DNA from: an uncultured Actinomycetota bacterium
Lineage (GTDB): Bacteria; Actinomycetota; Actinomycetes; CAVWCF01
Direction of reading: 5' to 3'
NCBI GenBank assembly: GCA_963753435.1
Contig: CAVWCF010000001.1
Location: 544,001-608,000, forward strand
Length of the DNA: 64,000 nucleotides
The position numbers and the translations under genes were made by a program. Below the pieces are notes generated by a model that did not search any database, had not been told where the DNA came from, and worked only from the letters and a program-made list of their open reading frames with translations. This document shows positions 1 through 8,347 of the stretch, piece by piece (the first letter of the stretch is position 1; each line of letters starts with the position of its first letter).

Positions 1-1835
1 CACGATCTCGCGGTGCATGGACTCCTCGAAGCGCACGAACGTGCTGGAGCCGGCGGTCTTGGCGCGATACATCGCAACGTCGGCGTTCTGCAGCAGCCGT
101 TCGGCCGTCTCGTCGCCGCGTGTGGTTCACCGCGATCCCGGTGGACCCGCCGATGCGAACGCTGCGCTCACCCAGGCGGAAGTCACTGCTGAGGACCCGC
201 TGAACACGCTGCGCTGCCCACAGAGCGGCATCGGCAGCATCCGGCCCGGTCACCAGCATCCCGAACTCGTCACCGCCCAGCCGGGCGACCAGGTCTCCAG
301 GACGAACGCAGTTGCGTAGCCGCTGGGCCACCAGGACCAACAGTTCATCGCCCACGTCGTGGCCCTGGGAGTCGTTGACGCCCTTGAAGCCGTCCAGATC
401 GCAGAAGAGCACCGCGACTGAACCGGGGTTGCCCTGGGCGAGTTCGGCCTCGACACGGCTGCGGAAGAGGGAGCGATTGGCGAGCCCGGTGAGCACGTCG
501 GAGAACGCCTGCCGGGACAACTCATCCTGCAGTTGGCGCCGCTCGTGAACGTCACGGATGTTCAGCACGATCCCGCGGATGTCCGCGTCCCGCAGTAGCG
601 ACGTGACCGCCGTCTCGGTGTGCAACCAGTTCCCGTCGGCGCACCACAGTTGCATTGACGCGGTCCCGACCAGGCCGTCGCGGAAGGCGGCCTGGCTCAG
701 CAGCGCGGAGAACGCGCGCGACTCGTCCGGACGCAGGAACTCGGTTAGCACCCGGCCGGCGAGGTCGGTCGGATCGTGTCCGAACATCCCGGTGACGGCG
801 GGTGATACGTACCTGATGGTGCCCCTGTCGTCGATCACACAGACCACGTCGGACGCGTTCTGGACCAGGGTACGAAACCACTTCTCCCGGGTCCCGAGGT
901 CAAGCGTGCGCTGGGCCACCCGGCTGTCCAGCGTCCGGCTCATCTCGAGGGCATCCAGGCGCGCCATCACCACACCGGCCAGCAACAGCACGAGCATCGC
1001 GATTGCCAGCGTCGTCGTCACCGGCGACACCGGGAAGCCGGCCAACACCGCTACCACCCAAAGGAATCCGGACAGGACCAGAGGTAGCAGCGGGGCCATC
1101 ACTGCAGCACGCTCACGCCACCGGATCTCCTGCTCGGTGTCCATCTCATCGGCGGGCCGGCAGGCGGCAAGGGTGACCAGCGCCTGGCCGGAGGCGGCCA
1201 CCACTAGAGCCGGAGTCACCGTTTGCAGGCCTTGGGCCAGTCCTGCGGCAGCCAAGGCGGCGCCGGATACATGCACAGCCTCCCCGACCACCAGCGGCGC
1301 GAGGCTGCGCAGCGGCAGGCCCCCAGCCGGCCGGGATCGAACCAGGACGAGGACGATCGACGCACCAACCACGATCGCCACGGTCGCTTCAGCCAGGACC
1401 AATGCGGCCTCAGACAGGCTCAGCCCGCCCAAGCGGGCCGGTAGCACCAACTGCCAGACCAGCAGACCCAGGCCGAGGGCGGCCGCGCCTGTGTCCAGCA
1501 CTACCTGCGCACCGCGCCGCGAACCGTCGCCGCGATGCGGCAACTTGAGCAACCCCGCGGCAACCAGGACACCAGCCGCAACCTGCGCCAAGTCGCCGAT
1601 CCGAGCCGGCGCGGCGAAGTCCCCTACGGCCAGAGCCAGCGAAGCGGCCCAGGCTGCCTGCAGGGCACTCGCCACGGCCAGCAGTCGCCACGCGGTCGCG
1701 GCGTCGGAGTCCCGGCGGGAACGCACGACGCAGGCGAACGCAGCAACCATGCCGCTGACCGTCAGGGTCGCGGCGAACAGGACCCCCACGCTGGCTGCGT
1801 CGGCAGTACCGGAGCAACAGTTGCGCCGACGTCAC
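1..1835 (-). CDS. Membrane-anchored PAS-GGDEF signalling protein (probably followed by an EAL domain outside the window); runs off the left edge; contains apparent +1 frameshifts near 1811 and 124
   Basis: Not in the ORF track because the frame has no stop in the window. Manual translation gives hydrophobic N-terminal helices, a PAS segment (WFRTLVQNASDVVCVIDDRGTIRYVSPA), DVLTGLANR, LFCDLDGFKGVNDSQGHDVGD and ARLGGDEF (GGDEF at 263-277). The tail LLQNADVAMYRAK (58-96) lies in a different frame. Start is either GTG 1835 (GTGA overlap with the hflX stop, needs a frameshift) or in-frame GTG 1789. Confidence 0.85.
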
Positions 1836-3202
1836 CCGTTCGGCGCAGCGGCGTTTCGCAGGGCAGTGGCGAGTTCCGGGCTGACGTGCGCGCGCAACCG
1901 GGTGCCCGAATCGGTGTGCTCGATCTGGAGAATCTCACCTGTCTCGTGTGCGCGGGCCACCAGATCGCCGCGGGGGTAGGGGACGACCACGTCCACCAAC
2001 TCCCCCGGATCCGGCAGCATCGCGTGCAGGGCATCGGCGAGGGACTCCAGGCCCGCTCCGGTACGGGCCGAAACAGCTACCGAGCCCGGTTCGGTGGCCA
2101 GCAACCTGGCTACGACCTGTTCGGATGCCAGGTCGGTCTTGTTGAACACGATCAGTTCCGGCACCGATGCCGCGTCAACGTCGGCGAGCACCTCCCGCAC
2201 CGCGAGGATCTGACCCGTCGGGTCCTCGTCAGCGGCATCGACAACGTGCACGACGACATCCGCACCAGCGACCTCTTCCAGCGTGGACCGGAAGGCCTCC
2301 ACCAGTTGGTGCGGCAGGTGCCGAACGAAACCGACCGTGTCGACGAGGGTCAGCTCCCGACCATGAACGCTGGCCCGGCGGACCGTGGGGTCGAGCGTGG
2401 CGAACAGCGCGTCCTCCACAAGGACCCCGGCGCCGGTGAGCCGGTTGAGAAGGCTGGACTTGCCGGCATTGGTGTACCCGGCGATGACTACCGAGGGCAC
2501 TTGATTGCGTCGACGCTGCGACCGCTGGGTGACGCGCGCGGTCTGCATGTGCCGGATCTCCCGACGCAGTTTGGCCATGCGGCTGCGAATCCGACGACGA
2601 TCGGTCTCGATCTTGGTCTCACCGGGCCCGCGACTACCGATCCCAGCGCCGCCGGCCACCCGGCCACCGGCCTGACGGGACATGGAGTCACCCCAACCAC
2701 GCAACCGGGGCAGCAGGTACTCCATCTGCGCCAGCGCCACCTGCGCCTTGCCCTCCCGGCTGCGGGCGTGCTGGGCGAAGATGTCCAGGATCAGCGCCGT
2801 GCGGTCGACGACCTTCACGCCGACCACGTCCTCCAGCTGGATGCGCTGCCCGGGGGTGAGTTCGCCGTCGCAGATGACCGTGTCCGCCCCGGTGGCCATC
2901 ACGACCTCGCGGAGTTCCTTGGCCTTGCCGGACCCGATGTAGGTGGCCGGATCCGGTTTGTCCCGGCGCTGGATCAGCCCCTCCAGCACCTCCGACCCGG
3001 CTGTCTCCGCCAGCGCCGCCAGTTCCCGCAGTGAGCGGTCGGCCGACTCCGCGGTGCCTTCGGTCCATACACCCACCAGGACGACGCGCTCCAAGCGCAA
3101 CTGCCGGTACTCGACCTCGCTGACGTCGGCGAGCTCGGTCGACAACCCCGCCACGCGCCGCAGCGCCTGGCGGTCTTGCAGATCCTGAGTGGGCTCGCTC
3201 AT
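1832..3202 (-). CDS. hflX: Ribosome-splitting GTPase HflX
   Basis: GYTNAGKS P-loop, DTVG, NKTD and GPGETKIETDRRRI motifs; ATG 3202 overlaps the dapF stop (ATGA). Confidence 0.97.
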   Translation of the reverse strand: MSEPTQDLQDRQALRRVAGLSTELADVSEVEYRQLRLERVVLVGVWTEGTAESADRSLRELAALAETAGSEVLEGLIQRRDKPDPATYIGSGKAKELREVVMATGADTVICDGELTPGQRIQLEDVVGVKVVDRTALILDIFAQHARSREGKAQVALAQMEYLLPRLRGWGDSMSRQAGGRVAGGAGIGSRGPGETKIETDRRRIRSRMAKLRREIRHMQTARVTQRSQRRRNQVPSVVIAGYTNAGKSSLLNRLTGAGVLVEDALFATLDPTVRRASVHGRELTLVDTVGFVRHLPHQLVEAFRSTLEEVAGADVVVHVVDAADEDPTGQILAVREVLADVDAASVPELIVFNKTDLASEQVVARLLATEPGSVAVSARTGAGLESLADALHAMLPDPGELVDVVVPYPRGDLVARAHETGEILQIEHTDSGTRLRAHVSPELATALRNAAAPNG

Positions 3203-4044
3203 GAGTGGGCCGCCACCCAATCCGCGTCTAGTTCACCGCGCGCCAACAGCACCGCCGGTCCGGTCAGTAGGGCGTGCCCGTCAGTCCGGACCGTGACGGC
3301 CACGGTGCCGCCGGGAACGTCCACCTGGTAGGTCGCGGGCAACTCCACTCCGTCGCGGCGCATCGCGGCCCAGGCCGCCGCACAGGCCCCGGTGCCGCAG
3401 GACAGGGTCTCGCCGACACCGCGTTCAAAGACTCGCATGGCGATGTGCCCGCCGCCGCCGGTCACGAACTCGACGTTTACCCCCTCCGGAAACGCGGTCG
3501 GCGGGGCAACGTCCGGCGCATTCAGCAAGTCGCCGGCGTCCGTCAAGTCCTCGACGAACGTGACCGCATGCGGGTTGGGCACGAAAACCGCGGACGCCGC
3601 CCATTCCCGGGCGCCCACGCGCACCGAGACCTGCTCGCCACTTCGGACTTGCCCCATATCGACGGTGACCTGGCCACTGCCCTGGGCCTGACAGGTCCGG
3701 GTCCCCCCACGGGTCGCCAGCTCAAACTCGCCCGGCTGCACCAGGCCCTCGGCCACCAGGAACCGCGCTACGACCCGGGCGCCGTTGCCGCACATCTGCG
3801 CGATGGACCCGTCCGCGTTTCGGTAGTCCATGAAGAACTCTGCCGACCCCACGTCACGCGCGTCGGGCTCCAACGCGGTCGGCACGATGCGGAGTACGCC
3901 ATCGGCGCCGAGGCCGAACCGGCGGTCGCAGATCGCGGACACCAGCCGGTCGGTCAAGATGCGGGACCCGTCAAGGTCGGGAATGACCACGAAGTCGTTG
4001 CCGGTGCCCTCGCCCTTGAGGAACGGCCACGCCACAGCAGTCAT
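3199..4044 (-). CDS. dapF: Diaminopimelate epimerase
   Basis: GTGNDF, MCGNGAR and ERGVGETLSCGTGACA motifs with both catalytic Cys. Confidence 0.97.
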   Translation of the reverse strand: MTAVAWPFLKGEGTGNDFVVIPDLDGSRILTDRLVSAICDRRFGLGADGVLRIVPTALEPDARDVGSAEFFMDYRNADGSIAQMCGNGARVVARFLVAEGLVQPGEFELATRGGTRTCQAQGSGQVTVDMGQVRSGEQVSVRVGAREWAASAVFVPNPHAVTFVEDLTDAGDLLNAPDVAPPTAFPEGVNVEFVTGGGGHIAMRVFERGVGETLSCGTGACAAAWAAMRRDGVELPATYQVDVPGGTVAVTVRTDGHALLTGPAVLLARGELDADWVAAHS

Positions 4045-5024
4045 GTGCCGATGCTACGAGTAGCGACCGGCTGCGGCGGTTCGGCAGCGGGCCCGGTCAG
4101 TCCAGCCAGCGCGCGTTGCAGCAAATCCGCATCGTCGTGCGGCAGCCAGTGCACTCGCGGGTCCCGGCGAAACCACGCCATCTGGCGCCGCGCGAACCGG
4201 ATCGTCGCCTGGGTCGTCTCGAGCTGGGCTGCCTGCTCATCGATCTCTCCGGACAGGAACCGAAGGACCTGCGCGTAGCCAAGCGCCGTTCTTGCCGTCC
4301 GCCCGTTGGTGAGGCCGGCCGCCGCCAGCGCGCGAACCTCCTCGACGAGGCCATCGGCCCACATTCGCTGCACCCGGGCGGCGATCCGGGACTCGATTAC
4401 GTCGCGGCCGGCGGAAAGGCCGATCCGATGGTGGGCCAGCAGCGTCCGCTCCACCGGCGGCGGCAACGTCGCGCGGAACGGCCTGCCGGTGAGCTCGATG
4501 ACCTCCAGGGCCCGGACGATTCGTCGCCCGTTGCCATCGTTGATTGCCGCCGCAGCGACCGGGTCGAGCCGTGACAGCTCGGCGTGCAGGACCACCGGGC
4601 CCAGATCCGCCAGTCGTTGCTCCCACCGGTCCCGCACCGCCGGGTCCGTACCGGGGAAGTCCAAGGCATCCGTGACCGCGTCGGTGTACAGCCCCGATCC
4701 GCCGACGAGGACCGCGCTCTTTGCCCTGTTAGTCAGGTCGGAGATGACCGCCCGCGCGGCGACCTGGAACTCAGCCACCGATCCCGCCTCAGCGACATCC
4801 AGGACGTCCAACAGGTGGTGTGGAACGCGCCGCTGCGCCGCGGGGACCTTGGCCGTTCCGATGTCCATACCGCGATAGACCTGCATCGCGTCGGTGTTGA
4901 CCACCTCGCCGTCAATGGCCTCCGCGATCGCGATCGCGAGGTCGGACTTGCCGACGGCCGTTGGTCCAACGACCGCGACCACGATCCCGGGCGGAATCGG
5001 CTGCTGCGGCAGCGGCGTGGTCAT
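4041..5024 (-). CDS. miaA: tRNA dimethylallyltransferase
   Basis: GPTAVGKS, DAMQVYRGMDIGTAK, GGSGLY, FARRQMAWF motifs; usual miaA-dapF-hflX order. Confidence 0.97.
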   Translation of the reverse strand: MTTPLPQQPIPPGIVVAVVGPTAVGKSDLAIAIAEAIDGEVVNTDAMQVYRGMDIGTAKVPAAQRRVPHHLLDVLDVAEAGSVAEFQVAARAVISDLTNRAKSAVLVGGSGLYTDAVTDALDFPGTDPAVRDRWEQRLADLGPVVLHAELSRLDPVAAAAINDGNGRRIVRALEVIELTGRPFRATLPPPVERTLLAHHRIGLSAGRDVIESRIAARVQRMWADGLVEEVRALAAAGLTNGRTARTALGYAQVLRFLSGEIDEQAAQLETTQATIRFARRQMAWFRRDPRVHWLPHDDADLLQRALAGLTGPAAEPPQPVATRSIGT

Positions 5025-5686
5025 GAGCGTGACTCCTGGCTCACCCAGGCCCCGGTCAGATAGCCCACACCGAACGGAGCGTTCAGTTCGGCCGCGACAG
5101 CCGGGCGCCAGGGCCGGTCACGCAGCGCCGCCCCTACCGCCCGCCACACGTGCACGCCGTCGGCCAGCAACTGGGTCCCCAGTTCCGTGTCCAAGGCCGC
5201 AAGCCCGACCGGGTCAGCCTCCCCAACGGCGGCCAAGACCGCTGCGTCGAAGGTCTCCGCGCGCGGGTCCAGCGAACCTGGGGCAGCGTCAGATCGCTTG
5301 GCCGAACCGTCCGCAGCGATTACCAGGCACGCCGACTCGGTCGGCTCGGCCAGCGGGGAGTCGGCGCGCAACTCCTGCACGTGGTCTGCCCTGAGCCCGT
5401 GCCGACGGATAAGTGACTCCGCAACGCCAACCCGCCAGGGCGTGTCGCTGACGTCCAGCCCCACGGCGGACGCAGCCCCACCACCGGCTGGCACAGCGCC
5501 CAGGCCCGCCAGCGTGAACCCCGCCGATTCCGGCTCGGGGGCAGCCAGCAGCAGATGAACGGGCGCGGCCGCCGCCGCAATCGGCGCCAGCGCCCTTGCC
5601 ACCGCGGCGTGCACGGGCTCAACCGCATCCGGTGGCCCGAACACCAACACCGGGGCCACCGGAATGAAAGCAACTGCTGTGAACAC
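5021..5686 (-). CDS. Conserved actinobacterial protein, class III extradiol dioxygenase subunit B-like fold
   Basis: DGSA..R...APG..DPRA..FD and APFGVGY motifs typical of the protein found between miaB and miaA in Actinobacteria. Confidence 0.7.
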   Translation of the reverse strand: MFTAVAFIPVAPVLVFGPPDAVEPVHAAVARALAPIAAAAAPVHLLLAAPEPESAGFTLAGLGAVPAGGGAASAVGLDVSDTPWRVGVAESLIRRHGLRADHVQELRADSPLAEPTESACLVIAADGSAKRSDAAPGSLDPRAETFDAAVLAAVGEADPVGLAALDTELGTQLLADGVHVWRAVGAALRDRPWRPAVAAELNAPFGVGYLTGAWVSQESRS

Positions 5687-7126
5687 TCAGGCGCCCACGG
5701 TGGGCAGCCCGAGGCTCACCGGTCCCCCGCTCGCGGTCGGTCCGCACGAGCCCGCTTCGATCAGATCTCCCGCTCGGGTGCGGCGCACAGCAAGCACGGG
5801 GCCGTCGGCGATCAAGTGGTGCGGCGCGGCCTTCGTGATCGACACCGTGGCGAAATCACCTGGGCGCACTGCCAAGGCCCCCGGCGTGAAATGGACCAAC
5901 CGGTTGTCGGGGCCGCGGCCGGTCATCCTCTGGGTGTCGGTGTCCTTACGCCCGGCGTCGGCGCTGACCAGCAACTCGATCTCGCGACCGACAAGCGCGC
6001 GGTTCTGCTCCCAGGTCACCTCTTCGAGAAGCTGCACCAACCGCTGGTACCGGTTCGCAACCACGTCGGCCGGCACCTGCTCCGGCATCGTCGCAGCCGG
6101 CGTTCCCGGACGCGGGGAGTACTGGAACGTGAACGCGCCCGCAAACCGCGCCTGGCGCACCAGGTCGAGCGTGGCCTCGAAGTCCGCCTCGGTCTCGCCG
6201 GGGAAGCCGACGATGATGTCGGTGGTGATCGCAGCGTCGGGGATGGCAACTCGCACCCGATCCAGGATTCCCAGGAACCGTTCGGCCCGATAACTGCGGC
6301 GCATGGCCGCCAGGATTCGGTCGGAGCCGGACTGCAACGGCATGTGCAGCGACGGCATAACCGCTGCGGTTTGGGCCATCGCGTCGATTACGTCGTCAGT
6401 GAAGTCGCGGGGGTGCGGGCTGGTGAACCTGATGCGTTCGATGCCGTCAACCTGACCCGCGGCGCGCAGCAACGACCCGAAGGCGCGGCGGTCGCCGAAC
6501 TCGACTCCATAGGAGTTGACGTTCTGACCGAGCAAGGTCACCTCGACAACCCCTTCGGCTGCCAGCGCGGCGATTTCCGCCAGGACATCTCCGGGTCTGC
6601 GGTCCTTCTCCACCCCGCGCAGGCTGGGAACGATGCAGAACGAGCAGGTGTTGTTGCACCCGACGGAGATCGACACCCACGCCGAGTACGCGGACTCGCG
6701 CCGGGCCGGCAACGTGGATGGAAACGTCTCCAGCGATTCGAGGATCTCCACTTGGGCCTCGGACTGCACCCTGGCCCGCTCCAGCAGCACCGGCAATGAG
6801 CCCAGGTTGTGCGTGCCGAACACCACATCCACCCAGGGGGCCCGACGGAGGATCTCCTCCCGGTCCTTCTGCGCCAGGCAGCCGCCCACGGCGATCTGCA
6901 TGCCCGACTGCTGGGCTTTGCGGGGAGCCAGGTGCCCGAGGTTCCCGTACAGGCGGTTGTCGGCATTCTCCCGAACGGCACAGGTGTTGAAGACGACCAC
7001 GTCAGCGACGTTCGGGTCCGCAGCGAGCGCGTAACCGGCGGCCTCCAGGACGCCACCGATGCGTTCGGAGTCGTGCACGTTCATCTGACACCCGTAGGTG
7101 CGGACCTCGTACGTGCGCGTGGACAT
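5687..7126 (-). CDS. miaB: tRNA-2-methylthio-N6-dimethylallyladenosine synthase (radical SAM methylthiotransferase)
   Basis: [29 protein letters not shown] motifs and C-terminal TRAM domain; ATG 7126 lies 7 nt after a TAATCT -10 element. Confidence 0.97.
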   Translation of the reverse strand: MSTRTYEVRTYGCQMNVHDSERIGGVLEAAGYALAADPNVADVVVFNTCAVRENADNRLYGNLGHLAPRKAQQSGMQIAVGGCLAQKDREEILRRAPWVDVVFGTHNLGSLPVLLERARVQSEAQVEILESLETFPSTLPARRESAYSAWVSISVGCNNTCSFCIVPSLRGVEKDRRPGDVLAEIAALAAEGVVEVTLLGQNVNSYGVEFGDRRAFGSLLRAAGQVDGIERIRFTSPHPRDFTDDVIDAMAQTAAVMPSLHMPLQSGSDRILAAMRRSYRAERFLGILDRVRVAIPDAAITTDIIVGFPGETEADFEATLDLVRQARFAGAFTFQYSPRPGTPAATMPEQVPADVVANRYQRLVQLLEEVTWEQNRALVGREIELLVSADAGRKDTDTQRMTGRGPDNRLVHFTPGALAVRPGDFATVSITKAAPHHLIADGPVLAVRRTRAGDLIEAGSCGPTASGGPVSLGLPTVGA

Positions 7127-7177
7127 CCGCCCCAGATTACGCGGAGGTCCAGCCGGACCCCGAATCACTGAGCCAGG

Positions 7178-8285
7178 TCACGTGCGCAACAGCAACTCCA
7201 CCGACGCGATCATGGTCGCGTACCTGGTCTTGAGGCCATGACTGGTCAGGTGGATGCCGTCGTACTGCCACGACGGGTGCGCCCGAAGCGTCTTGTACCA
7301 GTCCATGACCCAGGTGTTGGGTCGATCGGCGTGGATGTCCCGGATCACCGTGTTGATCATGAGCGCGTTGTGCTGCTGCCGGGACAGGAGCGGACCCGGC
7401 TTGGTGCGCCAAATGGTCGGCCAAACGATGTTGGTGTCAGCACCGGCCCACAGTTGCGCCGCGAATATGTCCTGGCGCACCTGATACGGGCTGAAGATGT
7501 CGTTGTTGCCAAGGGCGAAGATGACCGTGGGTGGAATGGGAACCTTCTGCTCCTTGGCGCGGCGCACCAGATCCTTCACCCGACCACTGCCCTGGGACAG
7601 GATGCAGGGAACCAACCCGCCGTTGGTGAGCGCGGTGTTCATGCCACTCCAGTCGCGGCTGGTGATCGAGTCCCCCAGCACCAAGACACCCCGCGGCGAA
7701 GCGGCGGCCTTGTTGCACTGCGAGACCGAGGAGCGCTTCAACCAGTAGTCCTGGGTGCCGCCCCAAGCGCCGGCAGCGATGGCCTGCTCGCCGAGCTTGG
7801 ACATGATTCGACTGCCTGCGGACTCCCCGGATATGTAGCCGGGCCAATACACGCGCGAGCCAAATGCGGAGTCGTGGGATCCGATCAGTCGCTTGCGCGG
7901 TTGGTTGCCGTACCAGAGTCGCACCTGGCTGGTGGTTCCCGGAACCGCGACGACCACGGTGTCCGGCCGACGGCTGAGCGGCAGCGTCTTCCAGTGGTCC
8001 AGCGCCCGAGCGACGTTGAACGCGGTGTTGCGGACCACGCAGGCGGGGCGACCGTTATTCCACGTCCATCGCTGCAGCCTGGGCATGTGCGACGTGTACA
8101 TGCGCTCGTCGGTGTAAACGAGCATGCCGCCGGGGTACTGCGTGGCATGGCGCAGGCAGGCGTCCAGGGAACGGCCCCACATGTCCAGAGACGGCGGCGT
8201 TGACGGCCTGGGCCGGGATCGCGCTCAGCAAGCCGGCCACGAGGCCCAGCGCCAGCGTCGAGACCAGTACTGCCAATCGGCGCAT
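7178..8285 (-). CDS. Secreted SGNH/GDSL hydrolase-family protein (degenerate plus intact SGNH domains); apparent +1 frameshift near 8200 just after the signal peptide
   Basis: ORF 7178-8182 has GDS, GNND and DGIH blocks. A signal peptide MRRLAVLVSTLALGLVAGLLSAIPAQA is encoded immediately upstream in another frame (within ORF 8055-8312). Confidence 0.8.
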
Positions 8286-8347
8286 GCCGAAGCCCACAGA
8301 ACTCATACCCATCAGTCTCGGCCCGTCAAAGGCGAATCTGAACCGGG

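Noticed and set aside
1829-1834. Stop-codon readthrough fusing HflX to the in-frame GGDEF gene
   Set aside because: The frames coincide, but HflX is complete and the junction peptide (RRRNCCS) looks non-coding; a frameshifted or downstream start is simpler.
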